A stretch of 64,000 nt of DNA. It comes from Nematostella vectensis. Taxonomy: Eukaryota. Positions 13,076-25,000 of the stretch are shown here, in pieces. Under the pieces are notes generated by a model. It did not search any database. It was not told where the DNA came from and saw nothing but the letters and a program-made list of their open reading frames with translations. The position numbers and the translations under genes were made by a program. The stretch lies in assembly GCF_932526225.1 (NCBI RefSeq), contig NC_064037.1, positions 3,184,996-3,248,995 on the forward strand, in the 5' to 3' direction. The first letter of the stretch is position 1, and the number at the start of each line of letters is the position of its first letter.

Positions 13076-13132
13076 AGGGTGGTGAAGAGGGGGGGCCCAT
13101 CACGAATCACGAAAATACTCTTCACCACCCTG
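13076..13132. repeat. perfect 15-bp stem hairpin (cagggtggtgaagag ... ctcttcaccaccctg) with 27-nt loop inserted in an acidic repeat ORF
   Basis: Inverted repeat read directly. It interrupts the plus-strand frame ...DDDIAVDFDDDIVIDFD | VDKELAVDLDDKLADD. Confidence 0.8.
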
Positions 13133-14586
13133 TTGATAAGGAACTTGCAGTAGACCTTGATGATAAACTTGCTGATGATAAACTGTCTAAAGACCTTGAT
13201 GAAACTGCAGTGTTATAAGAACTACTGACTTGGTCAATATCCATTGCACCATCCGAAAAAATCTCTATAACATCATAGTCTATTTCAATATCAAGTTCCA
13301 TAGGTGATTCTCCATTCTCTTGTGTGACTGCTGCAGTTATCCTATTTATTTGGCAGGAAGTATTCTCTTTAAAATAATTTTGAGCAATTTCATCATCCCC
13401 AGGACGCTTTGTAGCAGCATTATCTACCCTGTTTGGAAGGGACCCTCTTTTGCTGTTGTAGTCTTTTTGGGGCTTGCATGCTTATCTTGATCGTCTTGTA
13501 TGTGGATGACCTCCGGTGGCGGCTTGAGTAACCTTCGGTCTTTTATTACCTTGACAATTACAATGTCATCCATCTGTCCATTGAATCTATGAACAAGAAG
13601 TACAAAAACCGTTAGGCATTGCTTTTTAATAAGTTAGTTACCCTCTCTCCTCCGGGGATCTTCAAATTTTACCAGCGGGTTGTTTTGATTTTCCAAGCGT
13701 TACTTTCCAGGCCCAAAGCCAGGGGTGGTTCGGGGGGGTTGGACGGACCCCCCCCCCCCCCCACCCGGCTTGAAGGTCCGCTCAGAGTTAACAAAAATTT
13801 ATAACCTTTGGCTGGTGATATACCGTGCACATCAATGTCTTTAAAATGATTATAAAATTATTTTTATGATAATTATCTTTATTATTACCGCTATATGTTA
13901 AAAAGTACCCTATTAATGATTTTTCTAATACAAGATGGATTGCCTAATGTAATAAGGCGAGGAGAGGAGCATACCGGAAATAAGGTCCGCTGAAATGAAA
14001 AAAACGAACCACCCCGCTCAAAATCCTGGCTACCAGGGCTACGGGCCTGGTTCCTAACTTCCAGACGTATTTAAACTTAGTGTGTGAACACGGACAGGAA
14101 GACTTACCAATCAATTACTTGTTTTTCGAATGGGGAATCATATAAAGTGGCAAGTTATCCATAAAAGACTAAGAATCCATCGTCTTGAGCTGAGAAAGCT
14201 GAGAGCGGCTCGTTTTGAAATTTCCCGGGCAGCCTCGCTTTTGTAAACTACAGGAAGCCCAAGCCAGTAAAAATCAAAGGACTTAAACACGTACACACGA
14301 GAAAAAAGATAAACGAGAAAAAGCTTGAATTTTAACCAGACAAAATAAAATTAAAAAATGAATAAGTTTTTTTTTTTTTACCCGAAGACTAATGGGAGTT
14401 TTTTTTTTACCTCATATAGTTTCTCCCCTAACTCTCCCCTCCCCTCTAAGGAAAATTAGCACCCACCAACCACTCCACCAAGTCGTATCACTTCTGTTTC
14501 GTGCTCATAGTCTTGGCCCATGTTTGGTGTTTTGTAGTCTTTTTTGTAATCTAAGTCTGTTGCCCATCACAGGGTGGTCCTCTGTC

Positions 14587-14802
14587 ATGTTTTCTTTGTT
14601 ATTTTATCTGCACTCTCTTCGTTTCGTCGTCCCTGCCGGCATAATGATCGGAGTTGCGCCTCAGTATTTGTCCATGTGGATGGCATGGCGCTTACTGTCG
14701 GCACCTTTGCCTCGTCGTGTATACGAGCGTGGAGATGAATGCATGTACGACATGTATCAATCTCTGATATGCTTTTTCTTTGAGACGTACACGGGAGCAG
14801 AG
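14587..14802 (+). CDS. AGPAT5: AGPAT5-like exon 1
   Basis: ATG 14587; donor GAG|GTGAGC; N-terminal TM region. Confidence 0.85.
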
Positions 14803-17800
14803 GTGAGCATAAATTTGCGTATATTCACCGCGAAGGTATATTAACCCAGCCTGCTGCTCAAAACAAATCACACACGCCACTTGTCAATGAAATCCAAGAA
14901 ATGCAGTCTAGGGATTTTACTCTAGAGAAAAAGTAGCTGCTTTTATTAAGGGAAGTCATAGTTTGTATTTATTATTCATCAAAATTTAGTCAGAACAGAG
15001 AATGATTGTTGTTTCAGGTGATTCTTTATGGTGATCAAATACCCTGGGATAAAAAAGAGAATGTTGTATTCCTATGCAATCATCAGAGTACAGGTACTGA
15101 ATAACAAGAAAATTTAAAAAAAATATTCCTTTCCGTTCTAGACTTTCCTCCCCCTTTCATATAGGTTCCCCTACCCCTTCCATCGAGGCCCATCTTCATC
15201 TATGCTCCCCACACCCACCCACCCAGGCCCCCTTTTCCACCTAGGCCTCTCTGCTCCCATCTAGGTTCTTTTCCCTCCTCCTCTCCCTCTCCCTTCTAGG
15301 CTCCCTTCCCTCTCCAACCTAGTTACCTTAGTGTCAGGCCCTTTTATTGTTCCCTTTGAATTATATACCTGATACCAAGATGGCAACAGAAGCATGAATC
15401 AAATACAATTTTGATTGCGTTTGACATTTTTTATTAATGTGTTGTGAGATTTTAAGATAAGTTGACTCCAGGGGCATTTTTCGCATATTATTCATAAAAC
15501 TACTAGGTTCTGAGACTATAAAATATTCCATTAACATTTATTTTTCTTTTATTTTTGAATGATGATAAAACAGCTGTTTTTGGTTTCTTTTTAATAATTT
15601 TAACAATAGCTGCATCAAAACTTTTTGTTCGCCCCAGCAAATGTAGTTGCATATGCCCTTTTTTCTCAACCTCGTTTCTCCTAGTTTTTATCTTGATCGT
15701 GTGGATATCTCAAACTATGAATACAATATAATGATTTTTAATTTGTATTTACCTTTCCTTCTTTGTAGTTGACTGGCTTGTTGCAGACCTTCTAGCAATT
15801 CGACAGGGATCTTTAGGCCGAATTAGATATATCTTGAAAGATGGGCTGAAATTCTTGCCACTGTATGGTTTCTACTTTGGTCAGGTTAGTAAGTGTACAT
15901 TGAAATGATTTTATGTTTCAATGTGTTTTATTTAAGCTATGACTATATAGCATATAGTTTTGATTGTCTTTTTTGCTTTATGCAGCATGGTGGCATTTAT
16001 GTGCGACGCAGTGGACCTCGTGACCATTATCATATTATCAGGTATATTACACTTTTGTACTTTTTTCAATTGAGATGGTATGTTATTCATTTTGTTGTTT
16101 CTATTTTTTTTTTTCAGAAAGCTTGACCAACTTAAGAAAAATAACACCCCAGTAAGTATAAATTTTGAATGCCGAGTTTTAAAATTTTGAATGGAGAATG
16201 TATTCTTTTAGAGGATGAAAGGATATGCCTTAACCAATAATTGTATTTTACTGGAAGAAGATTCCATTTTCTTACATATCTTCTTTGTAAAATTCTGGTT
16301 CTATTGGAGGGCCAGTGTAGTGTTTTCATACCTGTCAACCCCAGAAAATCTCATGGCTTGGGTTTTTTTTGGGGTAGGGACTTGTATTTTACTGGAAGAT
16401 TCCATTTTCTTTCATATCTTCTTTGTAAAATCCTGGTTCTATTGGAGGGCCAGTGTAGTGTTTCATACCCGTCAACCCCAGAAAATCTCAAGGCTTGGGG
16501 TTTTTTGGGGGGGAGGGGTGTGGTATAATAATTATTTTTTACCATGTCACATGCTTTTATTAACACAGGTATCCCAACAGCTGCACCTTTGCCCCTGTTC
16601 TAGCTACCTTTAACTAACATCTTCTATACCATACAATAATGATTTTACAATATTCCTTCTGTATAGATGTGGCTGGTGATATTTCCTGAAGGCACAAGGT
16701 ATAACATTGATAGACCAGAAAGCATAGAAAAGAGCAAGGCATTTGCAGAGGGAGAAGGTAAGAAGCACAGCCAGATCTTTGATTATAATAAGCAAACTAG
16801 AAATATCTTTGGACATTTTAATGCTGGTTGAGTATGGATTCTGTAAAAAGAAATTTATTTGGTAGACGACTGGAAATTGAGGTTTAGAGGGGGATGGTGG
16901 TTTGACATAGAGTATTGCTAAAAACGAATAGAACTAGTTCAAAAAAATTATTGTCTTTTATCAAGCATTCGATATACTGTTTCATAGCTGTCAACCCAAC
17001 TTGGACAGAAATCTTGTGAAATCGGTTGAAATATGTGAAAAAACCCAAGAGAGCCAATGCGGATGAATACAGAGAATGTATAAACATTCTCACAAAAATA
17101 GGGCTTGTGATGATGTCCAAAATCTTGTGACACCTGCCTAATTGCGTGAATAGTTGACAGCTATGCTATATACATGCACATTTATTTAAAAAAAGGCAAA
17201 AACACATCTTCTCATGTCCATCCTCCCACTGAGAGACTGTACTGTCGGATTCCTTTTTTGAAATCATATTTCTACCTCCCAGCCATTCTATGTCTTGTAT
17301 GTATCTGGTATGCACACTATCATATTTCTACCTCCCAGCCATTCTATGTCTTGTATGTATCTGGTATGCACACTATCATATTTCTACCTCCCAGCCATTC
17401 TATGTCTTGTGTGTATCTGGTATGCACACTATCATATTTCTACCTCCCAGCCATTCTATGTCTTGTATGTATCTGGTATGCACACTATCATATTTCTACC
17501 TCCCAGCCATTCTATGTCTTGTATGTATCTGGTATGCACACTATCATATTTCTACCTCCCAGCCATTCTATGTCTTGTATGTATCTGGTATGCACACTAT
17601 CATATTTCTACCTCCCAGCCATTTTATGTCTTGTATGTATCTGGTATGCACACTATCATATTTCTACCTCCCAGCCATTTTATGTCTTGTATGTATCTGG
17701 TATGCACACTACCATAAAGACTTTTTACTGAATAAAGTTTGACATTTTAAAGGTCTACCTGTACTGCAACATGTCCTTACTCCAAGAACCAAAGCAACAG

Positions 17801-19873
17801 AAGTGAGTGAGCATGCCTATTAGAAATTACAGTAATTGACATTAAATTCTCCTGAACAAGAAAATATTAGTACCTGGCATGGAATGATCAACAGAATATT
17901 GAAACCTGAATATTATATAATGAAAACAATTGATAACTGACTGATTGCAGGCTAGCCTAGAGGCTGTTGGAGATTATATAGATGCTGTATATGACGTGAC
18001 GATAGCTTACAAAGGAGTGACAGAAAACCCTTTACCACGCACTGCTGCTAAAGGAATGCCTGGTAGGTATCAGTGCCTGTTTTATAGACTGTGTGTCTAT
18101 GCATTCATTTATACTAGTAATGTTTTTTCATTCTTAGAACGCATGAAAAACATTGAAACATCCTGAGAACATCCTCTTACCATGAACTGCCCCATTTTGG
18201 GGAATTCTAAAACATGACTGTGTTGTTATGGAAAGGGATACCTTGTAACCTTGCTTGAAAATGTAGCTAACATAAGCATTTTTTGCAGACTTTTTAGCAT
18301 CATGGGGCCAACAGGTTCACATTTACTGCCACAGATACACTCCTGAACAAATCCCCAAGGTTTGGTAAAATTTTATCATTACACACAACCTAACTTTTAT
18401 CTTAATACACTTTTGTTTTTATGTCCAATATAAATATATTTTGAGGATTAAGGGTTAGAAAAAACTTAGCATTTACAGGGTAAAATATGGCCAACCTAGA
18501 TAAGAATTTGTTTGAGTTAGTGGGGTGTTTTCTTAGTTATCTGTGTACAGTATAAAATGATTGAGAATTTAGTCTAAATCTTGGGGAAATCAAACTTAAT
18601 CAAACTCATGATAAGATAGCTTGACCACTATTACAATGATTGAGTGATATCAGAGCTTGATGGAATCCTCCCAGTTATAGCCAAATTATCAGGCGATTTT
18701 CTTTCTTAAAAGTTGGAGAGGAAAAATTAAACTACCACTCTTTTGCTTCCCGGTATATACTTCAAAGGGAAAGATAAAACAGGGCGGTAAAGGGTATTTT
18801 CAAAAACAAGATTTGGTCATTTTTCATCCACGCAAAACGTGTAATCTTCCATTTTGACTTCCATTTTTCGGTATGTGAAACGGGATCCATACCCCCCTTT
18901 ACCAGCCCGATAAAATGGCCTGACATTTAGGCTATTCTAGTTACGAAACTTGTGTCAATTAAAACTGGCTTTTTTGCATACTAGCTTGCTAACTTTCTTG
19001 AAAATGGCTCCCCATTGGTACCTCACAATACATTATAATAGAGAACTTTGAGTTTTCGGGGTTCTTTTCTATTCAGGATTTTTATAGCTTTTTTTAGATA
19101 TACAAATTCAAGGTTGCTGAACCCGCAGATGGCAAAGCTATTTGTGACAGTAGGCTTTTTCTGAATAATTATAGCAATTACATTTTTTAAAAATGTACTC
19201 TAACCTTCCTAATATAATTTGCATTTCTCTCAGAATGAGGAAGACAGGAGAACGTGGGTGCACAAATGCTTTGTTGAAAAAGATCAGTAAGTTTACAAAT
19301 TCACTTAAACATACAGCTGGGATGGATGTGTGGGCCCCCAACAAAATAATGCATTGATTTGCTGCAAATAGATTGGACGGGATTAATTTTAAAGTGATGA
19401 TTGTGGTGTTCCAGATGATCCATAATCGTAATACTCCACTTAGAGTTGTCTCCTATGTAGTCTGCTTAGCAGCACTTAGCAGCACATAGTGCCATACACC
19501 TTCTTATAGGCTACTAAGCAGACTATCTCCTAAGCAGTCGTTCTGACTGCTGTCACGTTCAATGAAGTTTTTCCCAAAGTAAGGGGGTGTCATTCCCTAC
19601 AGTACTGTTTTACTCACTTTTGTTTTTTTCGCTATCTTTAGGATTCTTTCACGGTTTTATAATGAACTAGGAGGGGGTAAATTTCCGGGTGTTCCTAGAC
19701 AGCGACGGTTGTCATGGTTGCGAACCACACCCTACCTGGCGTTTTGGTTGGCAACACTTGCTCCATTCATATTCACAAAGTTGGGGCGAGCAGCTTACTG
19801 GAAGATGTGGCTGGTCACTGGTTTTGGTTCTGTTACATACATGGCTTTGTTGTTCGACAAGTTGCAAGCGTAG
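14587..19873 (+). CDS. AGPAT5: AGPAT5-like 1-acylglycerol-3-phosphate O-acyltransferase gene span (11 exons, 368 aa)
   Basis: N-terminus MFSLLFYLHSLRFVVPAGIMIGVAPQYL...WRLLSAPLPRR aligns residue by residue with human AGPAT5. Conserved NHQSTVDW (HxxxxD), FPEGTRYN and VLTPRTKAT motifs. Summed CDS is 1107 nt, divisible by 3. Exons: 14587-14802, 15018-15093, 15769-15884, 15986-16041, 16118-16151, 16667-16757, 17753-17802, 17951-18062, 18289-18359, 19234-19286, 19642-19873. Confidence 0.9.
15018..15093 (+). CDS. AGPAT5: AGPAT5-like exon 2 (VILYGD...FLCNHQST)
   Basis: acceptor tttcag|; donor ACAG|GTACTG; HxxxxD motif begins. Confidence 0.9.
15769..15884 (+). CDS. AGPAT5: AGPAT5-like exon 3 (VDWLVADLLAIRQGSLGRIRYILKDGLKFLPLYGFYFGQ)
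   Basis: ttgtag| acceptor, CAG|GTTAGT donor. Confidence 0.9.
15986..16041 (+). CDS. AGPAT5: AGPAT5-like exon 4 (HGGIYVRRSGPRDHYHII)
   Basis: tgcag| acceptor; ATCAG|GTATAT donor. Confidence 0.85.
16118..16151 (+). CDS. AGPAT5: AGPAT5-like exon 5 (RKLDQLKKNNTP)
   Basis: ttttcag| acceptor; CCCCA|GTAAGT donor; short, phase consistent. Confidence 0.7.
16215..16505. repeat. two tandem copies of a ~140-bp element ending in G-rich tail (ggttttttgggg(g)aggg) in AGPAT5-like intron 5
   Basis: Copies 16215-16380 and 16381-16505 are about 90% identical. The internal gtcaacccc motif resembles the TIR of the neighbouring MITE. Confidence 0.7.
16667..16757 (+). CDS. AGPAT5: AGPAT5-like exon 6 (MWLVIFPEGTRYNIDRPESIEKSKAFAEGE)
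   Basis: FPEGTR motif; tatag| acceptor; GAAG|GTAAGA donor. Confidence 0.9.
16976..17165. mobile_element. MITE-like element with 13-bp terminal inverted repeats (CATAGCTGTCAAC ... GTTGACAGCTATG)
   Basis: TIRs read directly at 16976-16990 and 17150-17165; about 190 bp; located in AGPAT5-like intron 6. Confidence 0.6.
17262..17710. repeat. minisatellite, 57-bp unit x 8 (tttctacctcccagccattctatgtcttgtatgtatctggtatgcacactatcata)
   Basis: Direct reading. It generates spurious ORFs 17174-17742. Confidence 0.9.
17753..17802 (+). CDS. AGPAT5: AGPAT5-like exon 7 (GLPVLQHVLTPRTKATE)
   Basis: matches human GLAVLKHVLTPRIKATH; donor GAA|GTGAGT. Confidence 0.85.
17951..18062 (+). CDS. AGPAT5: AGPAT5-like exon 8 (ASLEAVGDYIDAVYDVTIAYKG...)
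   Basis: matches human NYLDAIYDVTVVYEG; donor CTG|GTAGGT. Confidence 0.85.
18289..18359 (+). CDS. AGPAT5: AGPAT5-like exon 9 (DFLASWGQQVHIYCHRYTPEQIPK)
   Basis: matches human EFLCKECPKIHIHIDRIDKKDVP; donor AAG|GTTTGG. Confidence 0.8.
19234..19286 (+). CDS. AGPAT5: AGPAT5-like exon 10 (NEEDRRTWVHKCFVEKD)
   Basis: matches human EEQEHMRRWLHERFEIKDK; donor CA|GTAAGT. Confidence 0.8.
19642..19873 (+). CDS. AGPAT5: AGPAT5-like exon 11, terminal (two C-terminal TM helices, stop TAG)
   Basis: matches human FYESPDPERRKRFPGK...LSGL... C-terminus. Confidence 0.85.
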
Positions 19874-20348
19874 CTGGTATGGCATATAATCTGCTCATTG
19901 AACTTTTTGCATTTTGGAACTTGCTTAATGTAGAGAGATGAAAAGTGCAACCTTGATCAGGTGTCTTTTAAAAAAGGTGTATGAAAAAATCATCAAAAAC
20001 GTTATTTCTTAACAAAGACTCGCCAAGTCTTATCTACAGTATGTATAATATATTTTACCCCCACCTCACAGAAAACTCTGTATTCAAGAGCGGGAAATAT
20101 GATTTAAAGCAATATTTATCCTAGGTCTTTTTGATATATATTTTTTAACCTAGGGCTACTTTAAGTTATAAACAATAGGTTAAATAAAAATAACTCTAAC
20201 CTCGATGCTTTCATTATAGCTTCGATTCCCGGCACCCCCGCATCCGTAACATTGTTCGAGCTAGCAATGTTGCACGCTGTGTCGATGTTGCGTGTTGATT
20301 GCGTGCAAACATTTGGAAAAATGATGACTGTGCTATTTGATGTATGCT

Positions 20349-20745
20349 TTAAACACGAGGTTCCGCTATAAAAAGGAAAGCTCCTCACACCCCCGGCCTC
20401 GATTTTGCAATTATAATCAGAACACAACCACGCTAGCAGTCACAAATTATTCTCGTGCTTTGACGAAAATGCTCGTATTTTAGAGCGCACACAGCTTGGT
20501 ACATTATTATTTTACGATAGATAGAAAAATTTTAGGTGAACAACTCTAGGAATGATATTTGATTTGGTAAAGAAAATAAAAATTTGAATTTAGCGCCTAG
20601 AGCAAATTGTCCTGACATTTGACTCATTTACGGCTGATTGTTCTGACAAGTTGACTCATTGACGGCTGATTGATAACTGATTGCCCTTTGAGCTCGGGGT
20701 GGGAGGAGCTTCCCTTTTATAGCGAAACCTCGTGTTGAAGGCTCT
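20349..20745. mobile_element. foldback-type non-autonomous element, copy 1 (about 400 bp) with about 40-bp terminal inverted repeats and 2 subterminal 45-bp repeats
   Basis: Left TIR aaacacgaggttccgctataaaaaggaaagctcctcacacccc (20349-20393). Right TIR is its reverse complement ggagcttcccttttatagcgaaacctcgtgttgaag (20703-20745). Interior 20610-20700 carries reverse-complement copies of the satellite unit found at 38230-39830. Confidence 0.7.
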
Positions 20746-21774
20746 TGCTCACTGGGACGCAAGCGTGAACGCAAAACAAGTGAGAATCAAGCAGTTGAGT
20801 TCGCTTGCGTTTGCGATGGTACCTCCAAGTGAGAACAAACCTTTACAGTGCGACGCGCGCTAGCGTGGCCACCTTTAGGTCCTTTGACAGAATTGTGAAG
20901 TAAAGTCATTGACATATACTTTACTAGCCAACCAGCGAGCCGAAAAAGTTCGCACATGCATATCAGAATATCAGAGCGCGCAGCAGTCGTGGTGGTTCCG
21001 GTGCGTCCGCGATCCTCCCATCGCCTCAGTGGAGAGTGGAAAGAGCAACGCGTGACATAACCAAAACTGATTGTTTGTTTTTTAATATATATACTATAAA
21101 GGTAAAATGTTTTCTCTCCTCTTGCAGAAATTTATTGCGCAATTCACTTTTGATGAGCATAAAAGATATTCTATATAAGTGTTGTATTGAGCAATACAAT
21201 ATATTGCGTTTCGTTAATAGTCACGTTTCAATTGTTTTTTTTTTTTTCATCACAAGACCCGCAAGGGGTCTTTTGGGTAATGGTCTTTTTGCAAAAGTAT
21301 GAACGTGCGTAGGGAGTGAGATGTGTGGTTTGGTGAAATAATAATCAGTAGTTTTGTTCGGTATCGGTCGCGTCCTGAAAATTGTTCCATTGTCAACTGG
21401 TGGTGACGTAAAAACTACCTAGCAATTATAGTTTTAAAAATGGTATCAAAACGTGCCGTGTTTCTTATTTCGTTTAGGCTGCAATTACAAATTTGCATCT
21501 AAAACGCGTTGAAAAATTGCATCCTCTTTCTATTACCTATAACGACTGCCTGCTGTCGTAAACTAAGAGAGCATAAATAAAAAATGTCACTTTGTAATAA
21601 TGATTTCTTGCGAAAATCTATAAATCGCCTTGGCTCCGTAGACATCATGTTATTTACATTTCGCGCGAAATGCGAAAAGTCACATCGGTCAAGTGGCCAG
21701 CGGTGCGAGTCGTTCGGTTTCGAATTTCAGAAATATGTAGACACAAGTGAGATGTGAATCCTTCGTTTCCCGAA

Positions 21775-22021
21775 ATGGAGCGTATTTCTGCAAAATCTAT
21801 GCAGATTTTGCTTCTAGGTGAACATTTAAGAGTTCGGCTACATAATGAGAGAGATCCAGGAGATATTATCAAAGACAGGCGATACCATTTGCGTCTGTAC
21901 CCTTGTTGTTTTGTCGGAAGAGACGTTGTCGACTGGTTGGTGCATCATGGCGAGGCGGTGAACCGGACTGCGGCAGTACAATGCATGTGCATCTTGCAAG
22001 AGAATAACATCATTCATCACG
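21775..22021 (+). CDS. DEPTOR: DEPTOR-like exon 1 (DEP domain 1)
   Basis: ATG 21775 (ORF-track start at 21754 is GTG). Donor CACG|GTAAAC. Confidence 0.85.
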
Positions 22022-25000
22022 GTAAACTCAGCTTTTGATAATATCAGTCTTTCTAAAGTCACAAAGTAGCGCTACATTGACGAATTCAAAAGCTCCCGAA
22101 GTGACTCGATGGGAGGCTTCGTAGAGTGAAACCCGATGTTGTAAACAAGCTTATACATTGCGTTTTTAGTTTATTTTTATTGGCCGATCCAAGAGTTCCA
22201 AAAAATGTGGGGCTGAAGCAAGAGTATCAAAAAAGGGGCCGGATTCTTTCTATTTCTTGTTGGTTTATTTTTAGCCAAAAATCTGAAAATATTGGGGACT
22301 ACCCCTAGATCCGCCCCTGATGGTAAAAACCCTGAGGTTACATGACATGATATCACCAGTAAACATAACAAAACATCCTGGTTCCAGCCTCAGTGATATT
22401 TGATCATAAACAGTGACGTTGTTCAGTGCCCCAATGTGATGGCTTGTTTTCTTCAAACGTTATTACATGTTATGTTACCCGTAATTTGTTGCTGTTGCAT
22501 TTTTAACAAGGGCATGTTGCCTGATAGGGATGCTTTTTGGGAGAGGGGGGGGGGGGGGGGTATTATATATTTTAAGGGGCCATTTGAGAAAGAAATGGGC
22601 TTTTCTACTAGAAATGATATGTTTTAGGGGTTCACAGAAAGAGGCGCTGTGAGCCAATGTTTTCGTATATGATAGTTCGACTTTCTTCTGACTTTGTTGT
22701 ACAATAGGATACTTTAATCTTGCCTAAAACTGTCTCCTAAAAAATGGTTGTTTTTTTCCCTTGTAGTTTGTGATGACCATATGTTCAAGGATGAAATGCT
22801 GTTCTATCGTTTCCGTAGAGATGACAATACGCTACCAATAACCCATGATGTTGCCCTAGTGATCAGAGGATATAATATTTCACAGAGGTTTGTAGAATTC
22901 AATTACCCATTGTGGTATGTACATTATAACTGCAAATATTTCTACAAAGATGAGGTGTTCTGCATACAGTTGTAGTGTTCTCTCCATCTACTGTTTCATT
23001 GCCCACTTTTCTTTTAATTTGGGATGGCGTTTCTAGTGTTCCAATAATTAAAAAACATACTTTTATATAGTTGAAAGGAAATCATACTTGTACATATGAA
23101 GGCGCAGTTTTTTTGGTAAAAAAAGAACTAAATTATCTCATATTCTAGGCCCTTGATGAATCATGCAGACCAAATGATTCTATGTGAGTTTATGAGCAGG
23201 ATGAGTATAATCAGAATCAGTCTAAGGTGATCTAAGACACTGTCAATGTCCATCATATCCTTACTAACCTTTTTACTGTTGTGATTGCTTGTAGAATCAA
23301 AGCAGATGACTGCCACCTAGTAAAACAGCAGCAGTGTGAGGACTTTGTTTACAGAAGTTGTTTTATTGGAAGCTCTCTAGTGGACTGGATGGTTGAGAGA
23401 GGCGAGACAAATGACAGATTTGAGGCAGTGCTCCTGGGACGAGAACTCTTAGAGATTGGTCTAATGAAGCATGGTAAGCTTATTATTTCTTTATTTTGTT
23501 TAGTTCTTCATGATTCACAAGACAACACTACAACTTCTTACAACTTTTTTTATTATGTAGTGACTGATGACCATCATTTCAAGGATGATCCAAGCACCTA
23601 TTACCAGTTTGTGATTGAAAAGGTGTTTGCCAAGAAACTTATGGAAGCCTTATGTCTTCTCGAAGGACGTCAGCTTTCCCTTCCTCCGGGCTCCCCAAGG
23701 GAAGTGCGTAAAAAGAATCTATCCCTTCTCATGGGTGGACGCTCAATTCCTGTTCCTCTGTCTCCTAGCCGTGAGGCTCGTGGCAATGAATTCACAGGTA
23801 TATTGCATCAGCATTATGACCAGCTATAAGGTTGCTTGATTTCAGAATTTGTCTATTTGATTGCTGACATTTTCAATTCTTGTAGGTTTCAGGCAGTCTC
23901 CAGGAAGTCCAGATTCAGGTGGTAGCCCAGGAAATTTCAGCCCCAGACCAGGTAAAGTACCCTAGTTTTTTTTTTAAATAAATATGTTGATGCTTAAGGC
24001 ATTCTTTTTTCCATTAGTTATTGTGAGAGAGGTTACAGTTGATGAACTGCTGGATAACAATGGTCCATACACCATGAAAACCATCAGGGTAAGAAGAATA
24101 GCACTGTTTGTAACGTCTGGTTGCTATCAAGAGGCCAACAAACAATATTTTGTAAGCGATCTCACAATTACAAATCATTTTGATTTCTGCTTGTGACTAG
24201 AATTATGCCATAAAATTATAGCAAAATCTAACTTTCCAGTACACCTGCCAGAAAACCTTGTGCAAATGTGTTTGAGAGGATACAAGTAAAATAAAGAAAT
24301 CATTGTGTTGTGATTTAAAATAATCCATCGCATGAAATAACCATTATTCAAGGGTATTTAGCTTTGGTTTTCTTTTTTGTTGTTCTTTTGGGGAATCTTC
24401 CATACATTAGCCACACGAGGTTAGCATTTACGAGAAGTATGTAGGTACCTACACATGTTATTATTTTTTTTACTGTACCAGGTAATGAGTGATGCTGTAG
24501 GGTTTGGGTTTGTTGTACGTGGATCAGAGCCTGTGTTTGTACAAACAGTAGATCCATCAGGGCCTGCTGCAGCGGCAGGACTCAAGGTACAGTACGTCAA
24601 TCTGTCTTTCCCTCTGCCTACGCAATAAATTATCTGTTTGTCTTATTGTTTGTTTGTGTGCCCTTCCATCTGTTAGTCTTTTCTCTATTTGCCAATCAAT
24701 TTGTCTGTTTGTCCATTCTGTCATCAGTTCATTTCTGTCTTGAGAAGTGCCAAACTGCTGTTTTTTCTGTTGAAGTCATGAGTTTTCTGTGGGCCATTGT
24801 TTACCTAACAGTTCCCTCAATTTCCTTATAATATCAACATAACCATTGGGATTTTTATCTTCCTGTGCGAACAGTTATTATTTATATTCAACCCCTTATT
24901 TATATGTATTATATTTTATATTTAACATATTATTTTAGATATAAATGTTTATCCATTATGTGAAATAACTATTTTATCACTGTGAATATCAACTCCTGGG

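Noticed and set aside
21754-21774. ORF-track start of the DEPTOR-like first exon at 21754
   Set aside because: Position 21754 is GTG, not ATG. The first in-frame ATG is at 21775 (MERISAK...), which also aligns with the human N-terminal region.
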